Source: a virus
Lineage: Duplodnaviria > Caudoviricetes
DNA length: 32,969 nucleotides
Strand: one strand, 5' to 3'
Virus record (IMG/VR): IMGVR_UViG_3300031802_000304
Location: 1 to 32,969 of that record
The position numbers and the translations under genes are program-made. This document shows, in pieces, positions 1 to 7,617 of this stretch (within the stretch, counting starts at the first letter, position 1; every line of letters begins with the position of its first letter). A model generated the notes under the pieces. The model did not search any database, was not told the DNA's origin, and was given only the letters and a program-made list of their open reading frames with translations.

Positions 1-2
1 AA

Positions 3-254
3 TGTATAAGGGAGGTTAAGTTTAATAAACGCAGACACCAACCATTACATGCGAACCTCGCTGATAAAAGAGATCACTTTTTTCACGTCGAATTAAATGA
101 CGAACTTGATAAGTGTTCTGATAAAGACCTGCTTGTAGATCGTATGAACAACCTTACTATTAAGGAGATAGCAGAAAAACGTGGCTACAACCGGGAAACC
201 ATTAGAAGAAAAATCAAAAAATCCGCAAACCAGTTGTCAAAACGATTAAGATAA
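3..254 (+). CDS. C-terminal fragment of an RNA polymerase sigma-factor-like protein (region 4 HTH), 5'-truncated by the window edge
   Basis: Frame 3 is open from the window start to TAA at 252-254. It translates as ...DRMNNLTIKEIAEKRGYNRETIRRKIKKSANQLSKRLR*, matching the sigma70 region-4 pattern T-x-x-EIA-x-x-x-G-x-x-RET-I/V-R at a protein C-terminus. Confidence 0.65.
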   Translation, partial: CIREVKFNKRRHQPLHANLADKRDHFFHVELNDELDKCSDKDLLVDRMNNLTIKEIAEKRGYNRETIRRKIKKSANQLSKRLR

Positions 255-263
255 GTGTATAAT
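234..263 (+). promoter_or_regulatory. sigma70-like promoter (TTGTCA-18 bp-TATAAT)
   Basis: TTGTCA at 234-239 and TATAAT at 258-263, upstream of an AGAGGAGG RBS and the ATG at 344. Confidence 0.6.
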
Positions 264-343
264 AGTTGTAGGATTATAGGACTTTTTGTGGAGCCGGAAC
301 TTGGTTCTTTCATTCCATTTACAGAAAGAGGAGGAAGTCTATC

Positions 344-1024
344 ATGGCTACCACAAATGCACACAGTTCAGTAACAGCAGAAGTTAACGATGGCGGAACC
401 GTTCTTGGTGGCGGGAACATCCCTGCTGCCGCGCCCATGACCAAAAATATTGATATTAATGATATCAATGGCCCAAAAGATTATCCCTATGGGTCACAGG
501 TTGTGGCAAATGCTACCGAAGCCCCCTTCGACTTCACTGACCCAGATGGTGTCACTACGGCAAAGGCTGGAGGGGCAGGCGGTATTGCCTATTTCCCAGA
601 TGCTCGTCTAGCAGACGACAACGGAGGAAGAAACTTCCTCTTCCGTCATGCTGGCACCACATCAGCAGGCAGAGTGAATAATTCTGCTCAGACCGTGGGC
701 CTCAATAGCACTGGCTCTGAAGGCAACGGCAGAAACTTTGTTGGCAAAGAAGCCTTTGTCGCTGACCGTCGCTTGGGTACAGGTGGCAGCTACAATATAC
801 TAGCACTTCCAAGCAGTGGTGTTCATCCTAGTTGGGTACAGCACACTGCCAACCGTGGCGGTGCCAATACTTATATTGATCCTGCTGCCGGTGACGGGAC
901 TTCTCCTGCTACTGATGCAGGAGTTCGTCCAACTCGTAACGTTCCGGGTGAACTCACCTACAGAACTGGTGCCAAGAATCCAGTTCAAGACGCTTACAAG
1001 CCTAGGGATACCTACGAATCCTAA
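344..1024 (+). CDS. Hypothetical Gly/Ala/Thr/Asn-rich protein, possibly a virion structural or decoration protein
   Basis: 226-aa ORF with a strong RBS (AGAGGAGGA), its own promoter and a terminator. Composition is rich in small residues, with no recognisable enzyme motif. Confidence 0.7.
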   Translation: MATTNAHSSVTAEVNDGGTVLGGGNIPAAAPMTKNIDINDINGPKDYPYGSQVVANATEAPFDFTDPDGVTTAKAGGAGGIAYFPDARLADDNGGRNFLFRHAGTTSAGRVNNSAQTVGLNSTGSEGNGRNFVGKEAFVADRRLGTGGSYNILALPSSGVHPSWVQHTANRGGANTYIDPAAGDGTSPATDAGVRPTRNVPGELTYRTGAKNPVQDAYKPRDTYES

Positions 1025-1042
1025 GCCATCCCCGTTCTAACA

Positions 1043-1072
1043 GGTTGCCCCTTCGGGGGCAACCCTTTTTTT
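1043..1072 (+). terminator. Rho-independent terminator
   Basis: Perfect 9-bp stem GGTTGCCCC/GGGGCAACC closing a c(TTCG)g tetraloop, followed by C and T7, 18 bp after the stop of 344..1024. Confidence 0.95.
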
Positions 1073-1077
1073 AGCAA

Positions 1078-1088
1078 GGGGGGGGGGG
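1078..1088 (+). repeat. G11 homopolymer occupying the Shine-Dalgarno position of ORF 1093
   Basis: 11 consecutive G ending 4 nt before ATG 1093. Confidence 0.85.
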
Positions 1089-1092
1089 TTCA

Positions 1093-1689
1093 ATGGAGGT
1101 AGATACAGTAATAATCATCACGACTCTGCTAAGTTTTGCTGGCGGGTTAGTCTCTTGGATTATCTTCAGGGTTGTCAAGCCCACCATGAAATTCATAAAT
1201 AAACACGAAGATCTAGCCAGTTCAGTAGAAACGATTAAACAGGAGATCACCACTAATGGTGGCGGTAGCCTCAAAGACGTTGTTTGCAAACTTGGGGAAT
1301 CCTGTGATAGGATAGAACACGGACAAAAAATTATTGAACAAAGAACCAAGGCTTCTCTACACTACAATTCAACAGCCTTATTTGAAACCGACAGCAAAGG
1401 AAAGGCAGTTTGGACTAATGAACCATTTTATGAGCTAACCGGGCAACATCTTCCCGATGTAGAAGGTTATGACTGGCTTGCCTATGTCCACGAAGAAGAT
1501 AGGGAAGAGCTTTTTATGGATTTTCAATCTTGTCTTGATCTGAGCAGAAAATTCCAAAGAGAAGTTAAAACATTTGACGACAAGAGGGTAAGGATGCTGG
1601 GCTTTCCCTATAAGCTCAACGGTGACGAGCAAGGAGGCTTTTTAGTAAGTGTATCTGAAATCACAATAAGAGAGGTAAACAATGGATAA
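1093..1689 (+). CDS. Membrane protein: N-terminal TM helix, coiled coil with NGGGSLKD motif, and C-terminal PAS domain
   Basis: Hydrophobic residues ~6-26. The TNGGGSLKDVV motif resembles small phage lysis-cassette membrane proteins. PAS signature: ALFETDSKGKAVWTNEPFYELTG...GYDWLAYVHEEDRE. Confidence 0.8.
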   Translation: MEVDTVIIITTLLSFAGGLVSWIIFRVVKPTMKFINKHEDLASSVETIKQEITTNGGGSLKDVVCKLGESCDRIEHGQKIIEQRTKASLHYNSTALFETDSKGKAVWTNEPFYELTGQHLPDVEGYDWLAYVHEEDREELFMDFQSCLDLSRKFQREVKTFDDKRVRMLGFPYKLNGDEQGGFLVSVSEITIREVNNG

Positions 1690-1933
1690 TTCCAAAGCAT
1701 TTTCACTGAACGTTCACGATTTTAAGAAGCTGGGCTGGAACGGTTTCATGGTAGGACTGGCCGCTGGCCTCACCTTCCTTGGGTCTAACCTAATGTCGTT
1801 AGATCTTGGCCTGACTGGCGCTGTTGCTATTCCCATCGTGACTATTCTGCTAAACGCAGCGGTCCAATGGGCCAAGAATAACCACATGGCAGATGAAGTC
1901 ATTCCTCCGCCTCCTGCACCACCTGCGGAGTAA
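1682..1933 (+). CDS. Small 2-TM holin-like membrane protein
   Basis: 83 aa with two hydrophobic segments (GFMVGLAAGLTFLG; LTGAVAIPIVTILLNAAV) and a short Pro-rich tail. Overlaps the upstream gene; GAGG RBS. Confidence 0.55.
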   Translation: MDNSKAFSLNVHDFKKLGWNGFMVGLAAGLTFLGSNLMSLDLGLTGAVAIPIVTILLNAAVQWAKNNHMADEVIPPPPAPPAE

Positions 1934-1954
1934 TTAACATAAGGGGAAAGTTAT

Positions 1955-2476
1955 ATGGCCAAAAAAAGCCTTACGGAAATGAAGTTTGGTTTAGCTACCA
2001 TAATTCCTTGGTCGCTTGTTCTTGTTCTTGGTACTGCGTCTGTGTCAGAACATGCCATTTCGTTGTTTCACTCTCAAGAAGTAGTTGACAACAACTCCGA
2101 CGAACCGGAACCGGAACCAGACAACGAAGAGGAAATCAAAGCGAAAGCGATTGCTGCCGCGTTAAGCAAGGTGCATGAAGAGTTTGTTAAAATAGAGAGC
2201 GAAGAAGACAAAGTAATAATCTACAAACTTTTCTCAGGCAGCGCTGAATATCTAAATAACTCTGTATCTCTTGAAGACACCAGCCAGTTTGACCCCATTC
2301 TTGGGAGGGCACAAACAAGCTATGGCTGGAACAGAGAATCTTATCCTGACTTTACCCAGTCTGTATCTGACTACCTAGTTGTGGTTGGATACGATGAGTC
2401 TAGAAAGCTGGACACCCAAGAAGCAAGAGAGTGGTTTCAAGGCGTCTTTGAATCTTTAGCGGAGGCGACTAGATAG
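1955..2476 (+). CDS. Hypothetical protein with N-terminal membrane anchor/signal and acidic EPEPEP linker
   Basis: Basic N-terminus followed by hydrophobic FGLATIIPWSLVLVLG, then a Pro/Glu linker and a helical domain. AAGGGG RBS. Confidence 0.7.
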   Translation: MAKKSLTEMKFGLATIIPWSLVLVLGTASVSEHAISLFHSQEVVDNNSDEPEPEPDNEEEIKAKAIAAALSKVHEEFVKIESEEDKVIIYKLFSGSAEYLNNSVSLEDTSQFDPILGRAQTSYGWNRESYPDFTQSVSDYLVVVGYDESRKLDTQEAREWFQGVFESLAEATR

Positions 2477-3379
2477 ATGGCTGATTTATCACACCTTGGT
2501 GGGTGGATAAAAGATCCACATGCAGTAGAAGCAGCAATGAATTCTTTGCCACACCCCGTGTTTCAAGACTCTTGGGGTCCGATGAAAGATTCAGGAAGGA
2601 ATAAAGTCTGCTTATTGTATAGTTATATTAAAGAAGTAGCAGGTAAAGTTCCTATCAGGATTCAAACTGTAGGAGATTGCGTAGCTCAGGGGGCAGCTTA
2701 TGCGGTAGATGCTTCCAAATGTGTAGATATTGTTGTTAACAATGAACGTGAGGAATGGGTAGCAGAAACTGCCACTGAGGATATATATGGAGGGTGTAGA
2801 GTGCAGATAGGCGGGGGGAGTGTCAAAGGAGACGGCGCTTACGGCGTATGGGGTGCTAGATACTGCAACGAATATGGGGCAGTGCCTCGTGGTAAATATG
2901 GCAATGTTGACCTAAGAGAATATAGCGGTTCTAAAGCTAGAAGCTGGGGTATGCCATCAGGTGGAGTTCCTAAAAGCCTGTTGAAAATCTCTAAGCAACA
3001 TCCTATACTCACAGTTTCAAGAGTTGATTCCTATGAGCAGGCTAGAGACCTCCTTGCTAATGGTTATGCTATTACTGTATCCAGCAATCAAGGCTTCAGT
3101 TCCCGAAGAGATTCAGAAGGTTTTGCTAAACCCAAAGGCGAATGGGCACACCAGATGTGCTTACTCGGAGTTGATGACAAATACAAGAGGCCCGGAGTTC
3201 TGTGCATGAATTCTTGGGGGGTTTGGAACGCTGGTCCGAAGCGTAATGATCAACCAGACGGATCTTTTTGGATCGACGCAGACGAGGTAGAACGAAGCAT
3301 GCTCAAGGTAGGAGACTGCTGGGCTTTCAGTGGATACGAAGGATTCAAACCCAGAAAGCTTGATACGAGGATCATATAA
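2477..3379 (+). CDS. Papain-like (clan CA, C1-type) cysteine peptidase
   Basis: Oxyanion Gln and catalytic Cys (IQTVGDCVAQG), catalytic His (WAHQMCLLG), Asn motif (MNSWG) and a downstream G-x-FWI. No signal peptide. Confidence 0.85.
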   Translation: MADLSHLGGWIKDPHAVEAAMNSLPHPVFQDSWGPMKDSGRNKVCLLYSYIKEVAGKVPIRIQTVGDCVAQGAAYAVDASKCVDIVVNNEREEWVAETATEDIYGGCRVQIGGGSVKGDGAYGVWGARYCNEYGAVPRGKYGNVDLREYSGSKARSWGMPSGGVPKSLLKISKQHPILTVSRVDSYEQARDLLANGYAITVSSNQGFSSRRDSEGFAKPKGEWAHQMCLLGVDDKYKRPGVLCMNSWGVWNAGPKRNDQPDGSFWIDADEVERSMLKVGDCWAFSGYEGFKPRKLDTRII

Positions 3380-4071
3380 TGAGACACTTTGCAATTGTTG
3401 TATCGCTGCTTCTGGTGCTAGGTTGTTATAGTCAGCAAGAGCCAAAACAAGAGACTGGGTTCGATCATGCTCGCAATGAAGGCTATGTTGCGTTTATTGT
3501 AAACGAAATCAAAAAAGACGTGCCGCCAGACCCAGAACCACAACCAGACCCTGACCCTGAAAAGTGTGCCTGCAAAGGGACCGGCATTATCACTCACGGA
3601 GATGGACACACAACTCCCTGTCCCTATCATGGAGAAGGTGCTGCTTCTTCGCGCCAGTGGAGATGTCGATGCGACACTGATGAAACATACTGTGACTGTA
3701 AAAACGTACACAGCAAATGTAGCTGTAAAAAAAAAATAGTAGTCCATCTGGACAGAAAGAGAGGGCATACTGTATCAATGCAAGAACTCGGCAAGGCTTA
3801 TGATGTTCTCAACAGTCTTTTTTCAAAGAAGGGGTATCGAGCAGGAGAGTATTTGCTAAAGTCAGACCTCCCGATGGTAGTAAAAATATCATCCCCAGAA
3901 CATGGCTTGATAGATATAGATTTCGTAGACGAGAAACCACAGATTTCTGTTAAGAAAATATTTACTATCAAGATTGATGTGTTAGGCATTTCTCTAGGGG
4001 AATCTGGGGGTGTCGTAAAGCTTGACAACTTCCCAGACAAGTCTTTTGACTACGAAGAGGACCAAGGATAG
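3379..4071 (+). CDS. Predicted lipoprotein with Pro linker and Cys-rich (CxC repeat) segment
   Basis: Lipobox-like MRHFAIVVSLLLVLG-C, PPDPEPQPDPDPE linker, and CAC, CP, CRC, CDC, CSC motifs. Confidence 0.7.
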   Translation: MRHFAIVVSLLLVLGCYSQQEPKQETGFDHARNEGYVAFIVNEIKKDVPPDPEPQPDPDPEKCACKGTGIITHGDGHTTPCPYHGEGAASSRQWRCRCDTDETYCDCKNVHSKCSCKKKIVVHLDRKRGHTVSMQELGKAYDVLNSLFSKKGYRAGEYLLKSDLPMVVKISSPEHGLIDIDFVDEKPQISVKKIFTIKIDVLGISLGESGGVVKLDNFPDKSFDYEEDQG

Positions 4072-4431
4072 ATGCATTTCTCAAAAATACGACAAGAAAT
4101 AGGTTCTAAATATAAAAAGAAGAAAGATCAGAAAATTGCAGAGAAATGTTTGCAACTTGGCGAGGAATGGACTAGAATAGTAAGCGGAGGATTCGCTGAC
4201 TTCAACAGGTTCAAAGTCCCCGCAGGGGCAGACCCCAAGAAATACAAAAGAGAGCTTGCAAAGGAGTGCAAGCTGTACATTAAGGACAGCTTAAGCGAAG
4301 ATGATGTAAAGAGCTACTTCCCCGTAGTATGGATTGTGCCGTTTGTTGTCCAAATCTTTCTAGGCACTGTAATTAGCTGGATAGCCAGAAGACTACTTGA
4401 TGACCTATTTGAAAAAAACAATGAAGTATAG
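4072..4431 (+). CDS. Hypothetical protein with C-terminal TM helix
   Basis: 119 aa, Lys-rich N-terminus, hydrophobic FPVVWIVPFVVQIFLGTVISWIA. Abuts the upstream stop. Confidence 0.7.
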   Translation: MHFSKIRQEIGSKYKKKKDQKIAEKCLQLGEEWTRIVSGGFADFNRFKVPAGADPKKYKRELAKECKLYIKDSLSEDDVKSYFPVVWIVPFVVQIFLGTVISWIARRLLDDLFEKNNEV

Positions 4432-4470
4432 CCACATTCTCACGACACGACAGTAATTAGAAACCTGTCC

Positions 4471-4497
4471 GCCACGGCCACTAGGTCGTGGCTTTTT
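4471..4497 (+). terminator. Rho-independent terminator
   Basis: Stem GCCACGGCC/GGTCGTGGC (one G-U pair), loop ACTA, followed by T5. Confidence 0.8.
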
Positions 4498-4540
4498 ATA
4501 TATATATATCAAGGACGTTCTGAAAATGGATACGGAATAA

Positions 4541-6733
4541 ATGTCAATCAAATCTCTTATGAGCTACAGCTTTGTTTCTAAATATGCACGATGGATTCCA
4601 GAAAAGAAAAGAAGAGAAACTTGGAAAGAGTCAGTTGACCGAGTAAAGGATATGATGTATGAGAAGTATCCTGAAGTTAATGGAGAAATAGCTTGGGCGT
4701 ATGAACTTGTGTATAAGAAGAGGGTACTGGGGTCACAGAGGGCTTTACAGTTCGGCGGCAGCCCCATCTTTAAACACAATGCTCGTATGTATAATTGCAT
4801 TGCGTCCTATGCAGACAGGCTCAGGTTCTTTCAGGAGTGTATGTATCTTCTTCTGTGCGGGTGTGGAGCAGGTTTTTCTGTGCAGAAGCATCACATAGCC
4901 AAGCTTCCCCACCTTGTACGAGTAAGACACGGCACTAAAAAGTTTGTTATACCGGATAGCATAGAGGGTTGGTCTGATGCTGTAGGAGTTCTTGTTTCTA
5001 GCTATTTCCAACAAGAGGAATTGTTTCCCGAATATGTAGGAAAATCTGTAAGCTTTGACTTCTCCAAAATACGACCTGCCGGATCTTACCTTAGCTCTAG
5101 CTCTGGCAAAGCTCCCGGCCCAGAGCCTTTAAAAAAAGCCCTTTCAAATATCAGAAAGGTCTTGGATAAGGCTCTAAGAAATGTCGAATTTGCCTCTGAT
5201 CAAATACACAGGCTTACCCCTATAGAGGCTTATGATATTGTGATGCATAGCGCAGACGCTGTAATCAGCGGTGGCGTTAGGCGTAGCGCAACCATCTGTT
5301 TATTTTCTCCTACCGACATAGAAATGGCAGAAGCCAAGACCGGCAATTGGTTCCATGATAATCCCCAGCGTGGACGTTCCAACAACTCAGCCTTGCTACT
5401 GAGAGATAAGACCAGTCCAGAACGATTTTCACAATTGATGAAGTCTGTACGAGAATTTGGTGAGCCGGGATTTGTTTGGTCGGACTCTAAAGAGCTTGTT
5501 GTTAATCCTTGCGTGGAAATCGGCTTATACCCAGTGGACGAAGAAACAGGACAAACCGGCTGGCAAGCCTGCAACTTGAGCACAATCAATTGCTCTAAAT
5601 TGGAATCACCAGACGAATTCTATGAGTCCTGTAAAGCTGCTGCCATTATCGGGACACTGCAAGCAGGTTTCAATACCTTTCCCTATCTTGGAGAAGTTAG
5701 CGAAAGGATTATAGCCAAGGAAGCTTTATTGGGAGTTTCCATGACTGGCATTATGGATTCCCCTGATATATGTTTAGATCCAGAGGTTCAACAGTGTGGA
5801 GCCAAGGTAGTTAAAGAAGTTAACAAGGAGTTTGCCAAAAAGATTGGAGTTAATCCAGCCGCAAGAACTACTTGTATTAAGCCGGAAGGCACCACTTCAT
5901 GCGTTCTTGGTACGAGTAGTGGCATCCACCCTCATCATGCCAAGAGATATATAAGGCGGGTGCAGGCCAACAAAAGGGAACCCATCTACCAATACCTAAA
6001 AACTATTAACCCACGATCTTGCGAAGAGTCTGTGTGGTCGGCCAATGACAGTGATGAAGTTATATCTTTTTGTATTGAGGTAGCCCCCGGATCTAAAACA
6101 AAGAATCAGCTTGGTGCCTTGGACATGCTAAGTTATGTTAAATCCACACAGAAAAACTGGGTTGTTCACGGTACTAACAAAAAGCTTTGTTCCAAACCAT
6201 GGCTGACACATAATGTATCAAATACTATCAATGTCAAGCCAAACGAGTGGGACGAAGTGGAGAACTTTATTTACAAACACAGACACTTTTTTTGTGGAGT
6301 ATCACTACTCCCCATTACTGGAGATAAAGACTATCCGCAAGCCCCGTTTACAGCCATCTATTTACCCACTGAGCAAGTAAGCCACTATGGAGATGCCTCT
6401 CTGTTTGTCAGCGGCCTCATTGAAGTAGCTTTAGATTTATGGGAAGACAATCTATGGGCGGCATGTGATTCTCTGCTTGGTTTGGGTGCAACAACCAGAG
6501 GAGCAGCCAAGAAAACATGGATAGCAAGATGCAAGAAATTTGCAGACAGATATTTCGGGGGAGACGTGAGAAAGCTAACCTACTGCATGAAGGATGTATA
6601 TAATTGGAAAGAGTGGGTAGATCTTAAAAGAGAATATAAATCAATAGACTATACAGAAGTTATAGAAGAAGAAGACAACGTTGAACCAGAGCAGGAGTGG
6701 GCTTGCTCTGGAAATTCGTGTGAACTAATCTAG
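4541..6733 (+). CDS. nrdJ: Class II (adenosylcobalamin-dependent, monomeric RTPR-type) ribonucleotide reductase
   Basis: Motifs YNC, GCGAGFSV, GGVRRSA, NPCVEI (thiyl Cys), ACNL, TCIKPEGT, SSGIHP and the C-terminal redox pair ACSGNSC. No beta-subunit gene adjacent. Confidence 0.92.
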   Translation: MSIKSLMSYSFVSKYARWIPEKKRRETWKESVDRVKDMMYEKYPEVNGEIAWAYELVYKKRVLGSQRALQFGGSPIFKHNARMYNCIASYADRLRFFQECMYLLLCGCGAGFSVQKHHIAKLPHLVRVRHGTKKFVIPDSIEGWSDAVGVLVSSYFQQEELFPEYVGKSVSFDFSKIRPAGSYLSSSSGKAPGPEPLKKALSNIRKVLDKALRNVEFASDQIHRLTPIEAYDIVMHSADAVISGGVRRSATICLFSPTDIEMAEAKTGNWFHDNPQRGRSNNSALLLRDKTSPERFSQLMKSVREFGEPGFVWSDSKELVVNPCVEIGLYPVDEETGQTGWQACNLSTINCSKLESPDEFYESCKAAAIIGTLQAGFNTFPYLGEVSERIIAKEALLGVSMTGIMDSPDICLDPEVQQCGAKVVKEVNKEFAKKIGVNPAARTTCIKPEGTTSCVLGTSSGIHPHHAKRYIRRVQANKREPIYQYLKTINPRSCEESVWSANDSDEVISFCIEVAPGSKTKNQLGALDMLSYVKSTQKNWVVHGTNKKLCSKPWLTHNVSNTINVKPNEWDEVENFIYKHRHFFCGVSLLPITGDKDYPQAPFTAIYLPTEQVSHYGDASLFVSGLIEVALDLWEDNLWAACDSLLGLGATTRGAAKKTWIARCKKFADRYFGGDVRKLTYCMKDVYNWKEWVDLKREYKSIDYTEVIEEEDNVEPEQEWACSGNSCELI

Positions 6734-6745
6734 GAGAGAGACACT

Positions 6746-7156
6746 ATGCCTTCGCCAAGAAAAGGAGAAAGCCAGAACGATTTTATTTCTAGATGCATGT
6801 CTAGTGATGAGTCACAAAATAGCTTCCCGAATCAAAAACAAAGATCGGCCTTCTGTCACAGCCAGTGGACAAACAAAGGGAAGTCTTCTAAAAACATGTT
6901 CGTGTACAAAGACCCCATAACACGCGAGCTTCATTACTATGATAGAAGAGGGGTGTTTAAAAAGAACGGTAGAACGTTAGTGTTTGTTAAAGAACTAAAA
7001 GGAGAAACTATGTCTGAACCAATTAACGACCTTATTCAAGAAGCAGACAGGCTCTTGCAAGAAAACAAAGCCGATAAAGACGCAGGATATCCACCGAATT
7101 GCAAGCCGGGATACGTAGAGAAGGATGGAAAGTGTGTGCCAGAGAAGAAGGATTAA
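6746..7156 (+). CDS. Hypothetical phage protein (N-terminal GESxxDFISRCM...QRxAxCxSQW module; C-terminal CxxGYxxxxGKC module)
   Basis: AGGAG RBS, 136 aa, two small Cys-pair modules. Confidence 0.7.
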   Translation: MPSPRKGESQNDFISRCMSSDESQNSFPNQKQRSAFCHSQWTNKGKSSKNMFVYKDPITRELHYYDRRGVFKKNGRTLVFVKELKGETMSEPINDLIQEADRLLQENKADKDAGYPPNCKPGYVEKDGKCVPEKKD

Positions 7157-7162
7157 TAAAAA

Positions 7163-7603
7163 ATGCAATCAACCATTAAGATTAAGAAACTAACTGAGTC
7201 GGCTCAAATTCCCACTAGGGCCAATGAAAGCGATGCGGGATGGGACATTTACTCTGACGAGGACGTTATCATCAATCCGAACACGCAAAGGCTTATTAGC
7301 ACCGGGATTTCTGTAGAAATACCAGCCGGAACGGTTGGGTTAATCTGGCCTAGGTCTGGCTTGGCTGTAAAACAAGGGGTAGACGTATTTGCCGGGGTGG
7401 TAGATGCGGGGTATCGAGGAGAAGTAAAAGTTTGCCTTTTTAACTCTGGTTCTGTTTGGAGTACCCCGAGGGTTGAAATTGCAAAAGGAGATAGGATCGC
7501 TCAAATATTGTTTCAACCTGTTCCTTCATTCAGTCTTGTCGAAACCACGGATCTTACTAGCACTCGTCGTGGATCTGGAGGCTTTGGCAGCACGGGAGAG
7601 TAA
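7163..7603 (+). CDS. dut: Trimeric dUTPase
   Basis: All five motifs present: AGWDI, PRSG, GVVDAGYRGEV, RIAQI, RGSGGFGSTG. Confidence 0.97.
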   Translation: MQSTIKIKKLTESAQIPTRANESDAGWDIYSDEDVIINPNTQRLISTGISVEIPAGTVGLIWPRSGLAVKQGVDVFAGVVDAGYRGEVKVCLFNSGSVWSTPRVEIAKGDRIAQILFQPVPSFSLVETTDLTSTRRGSGGFGSTGE

Positions 7604-7617
7604 AGGTGTCCCTATAT

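Noticed and set aside
2102-2119. GAACCG tandem repeat (and a similar CCAGAC-like run near 3526-3560)
   Set aside because: These are short in-frame codon repeats encoding Pro/Glu/Asp linkers, not independent repeat elements.
4364-4470. Cobalamin-riboswitch-like fragments (GCACTGTAA, AGCCAGAAGAC, AGAAACCTGTC) upstream of the B12-dependent nrdJ
   Set aside because: The first two lie inside the coding sequence of 4072..4431, and the GGGAA and GGTGxAAxTCC core elements are absent. Probably coincidence; an Infernal search with Rfam cobalamin models would settle it.
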